Made by a program: the position numbers and the translations under genes
Assembly (NCBI GenBank): GCA_963736575.1
Contig: CAVTPD010000001.1
Location: forward strand, 790,340 to 854,339
Source of the DNA: an uncultured Cytophagales bacterium
GTDB lineage: Bacteria; Bacteroidota; Bacteroidia; Cytophagales; JAAEPT01
Direction: 5' to 3'
DNA: 64,000 nt
Notes under the pieces: generated by a model
What the model was told of the DNA's origin: nothing
Seen by the model: only the letters and a program-made list of their open reading frames with translations
The model's database searches: none
Shown: one piece after another, positions 7,753 to 17,214 of the stretch
How the letters are laid out: each line of letters starts with the position of its first letter
Position numbering within the stretch: the first letter of the stretch is position 1

Positions 7753-10019
7753 ATGAAAAAAAATCTATTCTTACTGGCAGTACTATTTTTGATATCCACT
7801 ATCATGTGGGCTCAAACAGCAACTATTAACCTTAATGCTGAAAAGCAAACCATTAAAGGTTTTGGCGGTATTAATCATCCTACCTGGTATTCCGATTTAA
7901 ATGCGGCAGAAAGAGAACTCGCTTTTGGAAATGGACCCGGTCAGTTAGGTTTAACGGTACTGCGTACTTATGTTTCGGACAATAGTAACGAATGGGGGTT
8001 AGGCCTACAAACTGCCCAACGTGCCGCAGAACTTGGGGTAACCGTTTTTGCTTCTCCTTGGAACCCGCCTGCCAACATGACCAGAACAGTTAATGGTGTG
8101 AAACGAATTAACCCCGCTTTTTATGCTGGCTACGCAGATCACCTGAACAGTTATGTAACGTACATGAAAAACAATGGTGTAAATCTTTATGCCATATCTA
8201 CCCAAAACGAACCCGATTACGCTCACGACTGGACTGAATGGAGTCCACAAGAATCGGTTGATTTTATTAAAGGTTATGGTAATCGCATTGATTGTCGTTT
8301 AATGACACCAGAATCGTTTCAATACCGTAAAGACGTTTATAAACCAATTCTTGACGATCCTGCAGCTTTAGCTAATGTCGATATTTTTGGTACACATCTT
8401 TATGGTACCCGTTATGCTGACTTTCCTTATCCATTGTTTGAACAAAAAGGAGCAGGAAAAGAATTATGGATGACAGAAGTTTATACAGACAGTAAATACG
8501 ATGCCAATATTTGGAACAATGGTTTTATTAATGATGACAGACACGCCTTAAAAGTAGCGGAACACATTCATTATGCTATGGTTGACGGACAATTTCAGAC
8601 CTATGTGTTTTGGCCACTTAGAAGATATTATGCGCTAATACACGATGGAAATTCAGACAATCAAGGGAATGCTCCTGCCAGTGCCGGAACAGCTACTAAA
8701 AGAGGATATTGCATGGCGCAGTTTTCTAAATGGATACGCCCAGGGTTTGTAAGAGTAGAAGCTACAAAAAGTCCAACTAATAATGTATTTGTTTCTGCTT
8801 ATAAAAAAGACGGCGAAATAGTTATTGTAATCGTTAATAAAAACACGTCTTCAAAAACAATCACCTTAAATATACCGGGCTTACAAGCAACGGTGTTTGA
8901 ACCTTACACCACTTCAGGTTCTAAAAATATAGCAAAAGGAAATAATATTAACGGAAGTAGTTCTTTTCAGGTTACGTTAGATGCCGCTAGTATAACCACT
9001 TTTGTTGGTGCAGGCACAAAACTACCAGAAGTAACTATAACAGCTCCTTCGGTAGATACCAATGTAGTTATTCCTGCAGAAGTATACATAGAAGCTGAAG
9101 TATCAGACCCAAGTGCCATTCAAACCTTACAGTTTTTTGTAAATGGTGAACAAGTAGGTACTACAGAATGGGTAGAACCGTATTTCAAAGCTTTTTCTAT
9201 TACCGAAACAGGAACCTATGAACTTACAGCTGTAATTACGGGAAGCGATGGTTCAACAAAAACTTCCGCAATTAGAACCATTACGGCTAATGTTCCACAA
9301 GCACCTTTCAATGGCCCGAATACCGTTCCGGGAATCATTCAAGCAGAGGATTACGATGTTGGCGGAAAGGGTATTGCTTATAATGATACGGACGATACCA
9401 ATGAAAATGATGTTGATTACAGAGCTGGAGACGGTGTTGATATCGAAACTACACAAGATGTAGGTGGTGGCTATAATGTAGGGTACATTTTAACCGGTGA
9501 ATGGTTGGCATATACCGTAGATGTTTCTTCCGCAGGAACCTATGATCTGGATTTACGAATGGCTACTGAAGGAGATGGAAAATTATTTCATATAGAAATA
9601 GACGGACAAAATATAAGCGGTCCCGTAACAGTACCGAATACAGGTGGCTGGCAAATTTGGGAAACGGTTACCGTTGAAGGCTTGAGCTTAACAGAAGGAA
9701 CACATGAAGTCAAGCTGGTTTTTAATTCGGATTACATGAATTTGAATTACATGGAATTCCGTAGTCAGGTAGTGACTTCATTCAACTCAATAAAGAATAC
9801 GGCGGTATCGAGATTTTCCCGAATCCGTTTAAAGAAAATGGTTTTAGGATTGAAGCCGAAAACCTGAAATCGTATACGCTAATAGACGTTTCCGGTAAAG
9901 AGATAGAAAGTGGTAAAACAAATGAAAACCAACTGGGAAAAAACCTAGATAACGGAGTATACTTCTTGAAAATAGAAACCTCTGACGGTATAAAAGTGTA
10001 TAAAATTTCAAAAGAATAA
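7753..10019 (+). pseudogene. GH30 (subfamily 8-like) glucuronoxylanase + Ig-like + CBM6 + T9SS CTD, with the CTD displaced by a frameshift near 9802-9806
   Basis: The GH30 core has ASPWNPP, STQNEPDY and WMTEVY. The called ORF ends at 9867 in nonsense tail sequence. The frame opening at 9765 reads IEIFPNPFKENGFRIEAE...GVYFLKIETSDGIKVYKISKE, a Por-type CTD, with its stop at 10017-10019. Confidence 0.8.
9292..9762 (+). repeat. CBM6 module, subtype B (copy 1 of 6)
   Basis: VPQAPF..IQAEDYDVGG..YRAGDGVD.E.TQDV.G.YNVGYI..GEWL.YTVDV...G.YDLDLRMA..GDGK..H.E.DG..VSGPV.VPNTGGWQ.WETVTV....L..G.H..R.VFDSDYMNLNYMEFR. Confidence 0.8.
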
Positions 10020-10053
10020 GTTTTTAGCAACCAGCTTATTTGGAGATTTTACG

Positions 10054-10086
10054 GTCCGGTGCTTTTAAAGTGCCGGACTTTTTTTG
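10054..10086 (+). terminator. rho-independent terminator downstream of the out-of-frame CTD
   Basis: Stem GTCCGGTGC/GTGCCGGAC (includes two G-T pairs), loop TTTTAAA, then TTTTTTT. Confidence 0.7.
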
Positions 10087-10234
10087 TGCTGAAGTTAAAG
10101 GTTTGGTTGTTAGGCTTCTGTATTAGAGGTTTTTTGGTTTATTTTAGGGGTGGTATATATACCATTATTTAATAATTAGATATGCGCACTGGTACATATA
10201 TATAAATGTTATGCTCAATATATGAAAATCGAAA

Positions 10235-11188
10235 ATGTTGGAGGAATTAAAGAATCTTGAACTTTTAACCCCATTATTCACAATATTGGGTGTCATGCTC
10301 GGGGCTATCATGACGTTCTTAACCTCTAAATATCTGAAGACCAGAGAGACTCAGCTTAAAATTTCTAGCCAACTCATTGAAAAGCGAATTGAGGCACATG
10401 AAAAAGTGCTATCACTAGCCAAATCAATGAGAAGTACTGTTTCATTGGATAAGGTTGATGCTCAACAAATGTTTATAACATATCCAATGATATTCGAAAA
10501 TCAGGAAAGGTTTCGAGATTGGAGGAATACCTTCTTTATTATTTCTAATGAACATTCCCACTGGTTAGGTCAGTTAGTTTCTCGCGAATTAATGCTAATC
10601 CAAGATTATATAATCAATCTGGATAGGCGATTGGAAAGAGTACCAGACCAAAATTACAGAGCTGTGGGTGTTTTGCTCAAAAAAGATTTTACTGACTTGG
10701 CAAGTCAACTTGAAAAATCTGTTCTCAAATATTTTGATAAGGGTTGGAAATCCTTAAAGATCGATGTTGATGTAAATCATAAACTTTCAAACAGGATTTC
10801 TAAGAAGAGAATTGATGAAACAAACCTTATGAAAAGGCATTTAGAATTGAACAGATACTTCGATAAGGAAAATAAGGTTATTCCACGAAGTGATGTAAAG
10901 AAATATACCGAACTCTATAATCTTGCTCCGAATGGTTTAAAAGTGGATGTGATAAAAATTAGGGAGGTGCCGAATGTCGACAAAAGCGGCGTTGAATATG
11001 AACTTACTTATAAAGATTCAGAAGATTGGGGTAAGCCTAGAAAATTTGGTCATTGTGATTTGATTATGGGTAATATAATGTTTGATGCAGTTGATTCAGA
11101 GGCTCAGACTTTGGGAGTAAACTTTGAGGCCGTCAAATTATTAACAAAGTGGATAGAGGAGAATCTGGAAGAATCAGGGTTCGACTGA
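10235..11188 (+). CDS. orphan hypothetical protein with one N-terminal TM helix
   Basis: 317-aa ORF with an ATG start and the TM helix LLTPLFTILGVMLGAIMTFL. No recognisable family. Sits in an insertion that splits the glycoside hydrolase array. Confidence 0.6.
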   Translation: MLEELKNLELLTPLFTILGVMLGAIMTFLTSKYLKTRETQLKISSQLIEKRIEAHEKVLSLAKSMRSTVSLDKVDAQQMFITYPMIFENQERFRDWRNTFFIISNEHSHWLGQLVSRELMLIQDYIINLDRRLERVPDQNYRAVGVLLKKDFTDLASQLEKSVLKYFDKGWKSLKIDVDVNHKLSNRISKKRIDETNLMKRHLELNRYFDKENKVIPRSDVKKYTELYNLAPNGLKVDVIKIREVPNVDKSGVEYELTYKDSEDWGKPRKFGHCDLIMGNIMFDAVDSEAQTLGVNFEAVKLLTKWIEENLEESGFD

Positions 11189-11220
11189 AAAGAGTATAGC
11201 ATATGTTATGAATGAATCCA

Positions 11221-11270
11221 GCTGTTCGAGATTTGTAATTTCGAACTATTATCATAGGATTTGCAATCCG
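11221..11270 (+). repeat. REP/IS200-end-like double-hairpin module, copy 1
   Basis: GTTCGAGATT-TGT-AATTTCGAAC, then GGATT-TGC-AATCC. Homologous to 52898-52947. Confidence 0.6.
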
Positions 11271-11289
11271 GTTTTTTATATTTTTACAA

Positions 11290-11355
11290 ATGGCTTATGC
11301 ATATAAAGTTAGAGATCAAGGGGCTGTATATGTTGTTACTTTTACAGTTTATCAA
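11290..11355 (+). pseudogene. N-terminal remnant of an IS200/RAYT-type (Y1) transposase
   Basis: MAYAYKVRDQGAVYVVTFTVYQ resembles the conserved N-terminus of Bacteroidota IS200-like/REP-associated tyrosine transposases (YK.R.Q...Y..TF.TV.W). Similarity is lost after about 22 codons and the frame stops after 46. Confidence 0.4.
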
Positions 11356-11454
11356 TCTGGTCTTAGCATCATACCGTGGTTAAATCCAATCGATTTTGTA
11401 GATTTTTTTCAGGGTCATACTCAGTTTTAATTTTCAAAAAGGCCTACGATAGAA

Positions 11455-11590
11455 CGTCATTCCCACGAAAGTGGGAATCTCTCGATGAAACTTCACTGTG
11501 ACTTATAACAATAAGGATTTTATACTCATCCCTGTCAATATTTGAGGGATAATCGGATCATCTCGATAGCAATCGGGAGATGATGACGGG
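11455..11590. repeat. cluster of three short hairpins (REP-like array)
   Basis: ATTCCCAC-GAAA-GTGGGAAT, then ATCCCT..AGGGAT, then ATCATCTCGAT..ATCGGGAGATGAT. All lie in non-coding DNA. Confidence 0.4.
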
Positions 11591-11764
11591 AGTAGCTAAC
11601 TAATAAGTTAAATCGATAAACAGCTTTAATTTAAAACTCCGCTCGTCTAGACTAGAGTTGTGTTTTTCTTACCGTCCATTATAACAGGCCGGTTTTTTTT
11701 AACCAGATTTTATTTCTGCCAAAAAGTATTCAACAACCGTTTTTATAACCCCTTCCCTTCTTAT

Positions 11765-11908
11765 AAAATAATTTTCAAATACCTGGGTTACTTTTTGATT
11801 TTCCTTCCGAAGCTTAGTTGAAAGTAAAGCTATTACGGATTAAAGCAAATTGTTGTGCTTTAGTTTTTAATAGTTTTTATCGAGTAAAAGAGCTTATAAA
11901 CCCATTGT
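11765..11908 (+). promoter_or_regulatory. conserved upstream leader, copy B (before GH43)
   Basis: Roughly 85% identical to copy A over the about 55-nt core (hand alignment). Confidence 0.45.
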
Positions 11909-14510
11909 ATGAGAAAAGTTTTAGCAACGGTAGGTATACGTCAATTTTTTCCTTGGTTGGTGCTGCTTGTGTACTTGGCAGTTCCTAGCAGTATGCTAAA
12001 AGCTCAAATGGCTCAAAATCCAATTCTATACACAGATGTTCCGGATCCGGATGTGGTACGCGTAGGAGATACTTATTACATGAGCAGTACCACCATGCAG
12101 TACAATCCAGGTATTCCTATTATGAAATCAAAGGATTTAGCCAATTGGGAATTGGTGAATTATTGTTACGATATCATGGACAATACTGCGGGTCTTAATC
12201 TGGAAAATGGTCAACAAGAATACAGTGGAGGAACTTGGGCCAGTAGTATTAATTACCATGAAGGAAGATATTACGTAAGCTCATTTTCATATTCAACAGG
12301 AAAAACCTACATCTATCATACGGCAGATATAGAAAATGGTCCATGGTCTAAGATTACAATAAACCGTGTATTTCATGATCATACCTTGTTTTTTGATGAT
12401 GATGGTAGAGTGTATATGGCGTATGGGCATGATAATATTCAGCTTACCGAATTAAAAACAGATCTAACGGGTGTAAAACCCGGCGGTACAGATAAAGTAA
12501 TTATTAATAAAGCTTCTTCTGTAGCGGGTGCCAATATGATTCTTACGGCTGAAGGTACTCGACTTCAGAAAATAAATGGAACCTATTATGTCTCTAACAT
12601 TTGCTGGCCTTCTGGTTCAGGAAGAACTCAAATTCTACATAAATCCAATTCTTTAACCGGAAATTATGAAGGAAGAGTTGTGTTCAAGTCTTCTCAAGGT
12701 TCAGCACAAGGGGAATACATAGATACACCTGACGGAAAATGGTACGCTATGTTTTTTCATGATAATGGTGCCTTGGGTAGAATACCAGATGTAATGCCTG
12801 TTACTTGGAATAACGGATGGCCAACAGTTGGTGTAAACGGACAAGTTCCGGCTACATTGGATATACCAGGTGATAATTCGTTGGAAGGTGTTATTGCTAC
12901 GGATGAGTTTAATAATTCAGCTCCGCTAAAATTACAATGGCAATGGAATCATAATCCACAGAACAACTATTGGTCTCTATCGCAGAGACCGGGTTACTTG
13001 CGATTAACCAACGATAGAGTAGACCCAAATGTTCAGATGACTCGAAACACACTTACACAAAGGACGTATGGACCTAAAAGTACGGGGTATGTAGAACTAG
13101 ATGTTTCGGGAATGAAAAATGGTGATTACGCCGGTTTAGTAGCTATGCAGTACGATTATGGTTTCGTAGGTGTAAAAATGAGCGGTAACAACAAGACTAT
13201 CATTATGGCTTCCGGTTCGGGTTGGGAAAACAATCACACAGAAGTAGCCAGTGTTCCATTAAGCCAAAATACGATTTTCGTACGGATTGATTTCGATTAT
13301 ACCAATCGGGTAGACGATGCTTATTTCTACTACAGCTTAGATGGTGAAAATTGGCAGAGAATAGGTAATAAACTGAATACCACTTTTAAGTTAGAGCATT
13401 TTGTAGGGTACCGTTTTGGCTTGTTTTCTTACGCTACTAAATCAGCGGGTGGTTATACGGATTTTAACTTTTTCCGTGTAGGAGATAATATTGAAGACGC
13501 AAAAAAACCAATGTTAGAGGTGTATTTGAATGCTCCTTCAAAAGATACTGTGGTAGTAACGCCGGCAAATGTTTATTTGGAAGCACAAGTATCTGATCCA
13601 AATGCCATTCAAACCGTACAGTTTTTTGTGAACGGCCAACAAGTAGGAGTCACCGAATGGGTAGCACCTTATTTTACAACATTTTCAGTCACCAATGCCG
13701 GAAAATATGAAGTTACAGCCGTGATCACAACAAAGAATGGAGATCAAATTACTTCGGAATCAATAATGATTACTGCCAATGTGCCACGTGCTCCTTTTGG
13801 AGGAGTTACGCATACAATTCCTGGGATAATACAAGCGGAAGATTACGATGTGGGCGGACAAGGCTTTGCTTTTAATGATGTTGATAATACAAACGAAGGG
13901 AAATCAGATTACAGAGCAGGTGATGGAGTTGACGTAGAAGAAACACAAGATGTTGAAGGGGTTTATAACGTCGGATATATTAGGAATGGAGAATGGCTGG
14001 CCTACACAGTAGATGTTCAGGCTACAGGAAGCTATGACTTAGATTTAAGAATGGCTGCTGATGGTGATGGTAAAATACTTCATCTGGAAATGGACGGACT
14101 GGATGTTACAGGTCCCTATTGATGTGCCAAACACAACAGGTTGGCAAACTTGGGAGACGGCTTCTGTTCAGAATATAGCGTTAACCGAAGGCGAACACGA
14201 TATGCGTATTGTTTTCGATTCGGATTATATGAACCTGAATTATATAGAATTCAAAGGTGTAGTTACGGCTACAAATAATGATCTGATAAACAGTGAAATT
14301 CAGGTTTATCCAAATCCGTTTTCCGAGACCGGGATCATAGAAACATCAGGTGTTTTTGACTATCAAATTTTTAACCAAGGCGGAAAAATAATTGAATTCG
14401 GTTCCGGAGAAAACCGATTACATGTTGGTAGAACCTTACCAAAAGGATTTTATCTACTAAAAATAAGTAAAGACGGTAATCAAAATTTTCATCAACTAAT
14501 CAAACAATAA
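11909..14510 (+). pseudogene. GH43 beta-xylosidase/arabinofuranosidase with a GH43_C2-like beta-sandwich + Ig-like + CBM6 + T9SS CTD, frameshifted at 14114-14117
   Basis: The N-terminus NPILYTDVPDPDVVRVGDTYYM is typical of GH43. The ORF stops at 14122 inside the CBM6. The module continues in the frame of ORF 14061..14510 (PIDVPNTTGWQTWE...YPNPF...). The sequence GGT CCC T ATT has one extra base relative to GGT CCT ATT. Confidence 0.8.
13781..14255 (+). repeat. CBM6 module, subtype B (copy 2, interrupted by a frameshift)
   Basis: Same consensus as 9292-9762. Confidence 0.75.
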
Positions 14511-14530
14511 ACAATAAAATATAAAGAGCT

Positions 14531-17134
14531 ATGAGAATTAACAAATACACTTTAATGCTTCTTTTACTCTGTTTTTATGGGGTAACAGTTCAAGCACAAC
14601 TGGGAAAATGTAAAGGTAAATACCTTGGGAATATTACAGCTTATTCCGTCCCTAGTAATTATACAGATCTGTGGAACCAAACAACTTCCGAAAACGGATC
14701 CAAGTGGGGTTCATGCCACAGAGGGAATGGTCAGTTCAATTTTTCTAATTCTGATTTAGCGTATAATACGGCTAAAAATTCAGGTGGAGCCTTTAAGTTT
14801 CATGCTTTAATTTGGGGCGCACAAGCTCCGGCTTTTTTAGCTAATTCATCTCCTAGCCAAATTGAAGCAGCTATTAGAAGTTGGTATCAAGCAGTAGAAG
14901 ATCATTATACCCCTATGGGAGGATTAGATTTTATTGATGTGCTGAACGAGCCTGTAAATACACCAATTAACAGAGAAGTATCAAATTTGAAAGCAGCGTT
15001 AACATTGGGTTATCAAAATGAACCCGCTAATGCTAACGATAAAAACAACCCTTATGGTTGGGCAATTTGGCCGTTTCAGTTGGCACGTAAACATTTTCCA
15101 GAAGCTACGCTTTTAATCAATGAATTTAATGTGGAGCACAACTGGAATAATTGTAGAGCAGAGTATATCAGTATGTCAAATGCAATTAAAAATGCTCCAA
15201 ACCTAACAAACGGACAGAAAAACATCATAGATGGAATAGGTCTACAAGCGCATGGTATTGAAACTTTATCGGCAACAGCATGGAAAAATTGTATTGATGA
15301 AGTTTGGAATAAAACCGGACTACCTCTACATATTACAGAACTAGATATTGCTGCAGATCCAAATGAAAATCATCAAAAAAATAAGTACCAAGAGTTTTTT
15401 GCTATAGCATGGGAACACCCACATGTAGCGGGAGTTACTCTATGGGGTTATGTTCAGGGTTCAACGTGGAGACCGGGTAACGGACAAACCGGATCGGGTG
15501 GTACAGATACAGGTATTATGTATGCTAATGGTCAGGATAGACCGTCAATGACGTGGTTAAGACAATATATGGCTTCTCAACCAAGCTTGCCATGTTGTCC
15601 AAAACCAGGGCCTTTTGCAGGTTGTAGTGGACCTACGCCTCCGACAGTTTCTATCACAACACCGGTTGCTAATACAGGCTATGTGTTTGGAACGGCAATT
15701 AATATAACAGCTTCCGCATCGGATGGAGATGGAACAATCTCTAAAGTTGAATTTTTCAACGGTACTACAAAATTAGGCGAAGATGCAACAGCTCCTTATA
15801 CCTATTCATGGGTTAATGCGCCTGTAGGCAACTATTCTATCACAGCAAAAGCAACTGATAACTCTGGTAGTTCAACTACTTCCCAAGCAATTATTATCCG
15901 CGTAAATGTACCGCAAAGTCCATACGGAGGTATAGCTCATGTTATTCCGGGTACAGTACAGTTTGAGGAATTTGACTTAGGTGGAAATGGATTTGCGTAT
16001 TTCGACGATAGCCCGGGAACGGAAGTAACCAATGGGCCAAATTTTAGAACAGATGAAGACGTAGATATTGAAAACTGTACCGATGCAGGTACGGGTTATA
16101 ATTTAGGTTTTACCACAGCAGGCGAATGGTTGGAGTATACGGTAGATGTAACAAAATCCGGTCTGTATGATTTAGAATTACGTGTAGCCTGCGATGGAAC
16201 CGATAGAACAATTACCATCACAATGGACGGTGATAGTATAGCTGCCGATGTAGCGATTCCAAATACTACAGGATGGCAGACATGGCAAACAGTTACTTTG
16301 AGTGATGTCGCTCTTATTTCAGGCCAGAAAGTAATGCGTTTAACAATTGGTGCAGAAGATTATGTAAACCTGAATTATGCCACGTTTAAACTAACCGAAG
16401 AATTTGTGAAAGGTCCTTACAACGGTACTGCCGCATTAATACCGGGAAGAATAGAAGCCGAAAACTACGATGAAGGTAGAGAAGGTTTAGGTTACCATGA
16501 ATTTGACAATGAAGGAAACCAGGGAGATGCCGATTACAGAAACGATCAGGTAGATATTGAAGAAACCCAAGACGTAGATGGTGGTTATAACGTGGGTTAT
16601 ATCCGCAATGGAGAGTGGTTGGCGTATACAGTAGATGTACAAACCACAGGAATGTACGATTTGGATTTCCGTATGGCTGCCGATGGGGATAATAAAACCT
16701 TCCATATTGAAGTAGATGGTGTAGATGTAAGTGGTCCGGTTGCTGTACCAAATACAGGTGGATGGCAAACTTGGGAAACCGTTACGGTTAATGACATTGA
16801 GTTAAGCAGTGGCGAACAAGAAATCCGAATTGTTTTTGATTCTGACTATATGAACTTCAACTACATGGAATTCAGAAGCCAAGTAGTGACATCTCTTAAC
16901 GGTATGGATAATGCCACCATAGAGATTTATCCGAATCCTTTTGGTAATAACGGGTTTGTAATATCCTCTGAAACTGTTTTTGAATATTCTTTAATTGACG
17001 TAAGCGGAAGCCTAATGGAATCGGGTGAAAGTACAGGTTCCAAAAAAGTAGGCAATGCCTTACCGCAAGGAATTTATTTTTTAAGAATTGAACATTCAGA
17101 AGGCACTACCATTCAAAAAGTAGTGAAACAATAG
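14531..17134 (+). CDS. GH10 endo-1,4-beta-xylanase + Ig-like + CBM6(A) + CBM6(B) + T9SS CTD
   Basis: GH10 motifs: ENGSKWGS, FHALIWG, VLNEP (acid/base) and ITELDI (nucleophile). Two CBM6 modules follow. The C-terminus IEIYPNPF...GIYFLRIEHSEGTTIQKVVKQ is a CTD. Confidence 0.9.
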   Translation: MRINKYTLMLLLLCFYGVTVQAQLGKCKGKYLGNITAYSVPSNYTDLWNQTTSENGSKWGSCHRGNGQFNFSNSDLAYNTAKNSGGAFKFHALIWGAQAPAFLANSSPSQIEAAIRSWYQAVEDHYTPMGGLDFIDVLNEPVNTPINREVSNLKAALTLGYQNEPANANDKNNPYGWAIWPFQLARKHFPEATLLINEFNVEHNWNNCRAEYISMSNAIKNAPNLTNGQKNIIDGIGLQAHGIETLSATAWKNCIDEVWNKTGLPLHITELDIAADPNENHQKNKYQEFFAIAWEHPHVAGVTLWGYVQGSTWRPGNGQTGSGGTDTGIMYANGQDRPSMTWLRQYMASQPSLPCCPKPGPFAGCSGPTPPTVSITTPVANTGYVFGTAINITASASDGDGTISKVEFFNGTTKLGEDATAPYTYSWVNAPVGNYSITAKATDNSGSSTTSQAIIIRVNVPQSPYGGIAHVIPGTVQFEEFDLGGNGFAYFDDSPGTEVTNGPNFRTDEDVDIENCTDAGTGYNLGFTTAGEWLEYTVDVTKSGLYDLELRVACDGTDRTITITMDGDSIAADVAIPNTTGWQTWQTVTLSDVALISGQKVMRLTIGAEDYVNLNYATFKLTEEFVKGPYNGTAALIPGRIEAENYDEGREGLGYHEFDNEGNQGDADYRNDQVDIEETQDVDGGYNVGYIRNGEWLAYTVDVQTTGMYDLDFRMAADGDNKTFHIEVDGVDVSGPVAVPNTGGWQTWETVTVNDIELSSGEQEIRIVFDSDYMNFNYMEFRSQVVTSLNGMDNATIEIYPNPFGNNGFVISSETVFEYSLIDVSGSLMESGESTGSKKVGNALPQGIYFLRIEHSEGTTIQKVVKQ
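15908..16390 (+). repeat. CBM6 module, subtype A (copy 1 of 3)
   Basis: VPQ.PY.G.AH.IPG..Q.EE.D.GGNGFAY.D..PG......FR..EDVD.ENC.D.G.GYN.G..TAGEWLEYTVDV.K.GLYDL..RVAC.G.DRT......DG..IA..VAIPNTTGWQ.WQTVT. Confidence 0.8.
16409..16876 (+). repeat. CBM6 module, subtype B (copy 3)
   Basis: Same consensus as 9292-9762. Confidence 0.8.
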
Positions 17135-17141
17135 GGATTTT

Positions 17142-17178
17142 TCAGCCACTGATTTTTTGGTCGGTGGCTGATTTATTT
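17142..17178 (+). terminator. rho-independent terminator after GH10
   Basis: Stem TCAGCCACTGA/TCGGTGGCTGA followed by TTTATTT. Confidence 0.65.
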
Positions 17179-17214
17179 ACTCTTATTCAGTTTTAAATAC
17201 AAAAAACTACCGCT

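Noticed and set aside
9796-9810. Programmed ribosomal frameshifting as an explanation for the split genes.
   Set aside because: The shift sites have no slippery heptamer or downstream stimulatory structure. The shifts go in both directions (+1 and -1), and six occur within one 470-bp stretch. Mutation or sequence error is far more plausible.
16386-16797. Three overlapping minus-strand ORFs (121, 93 and 66 aa) inside the GH10 CBM6 region. Similar antisense ORFs occur at 9253-9456, 18621-19013, 20594-20987, 23432-23635, 26331-26540 and 30503-30890.
   Set aside because: They lie antisense to strongly supported domain-coding sequence and have odd, His/Leu/Tyr-rich composition. They recur simply because the CBM6 DNA is repeated, so they are stop-poor antisense frames and not genes.
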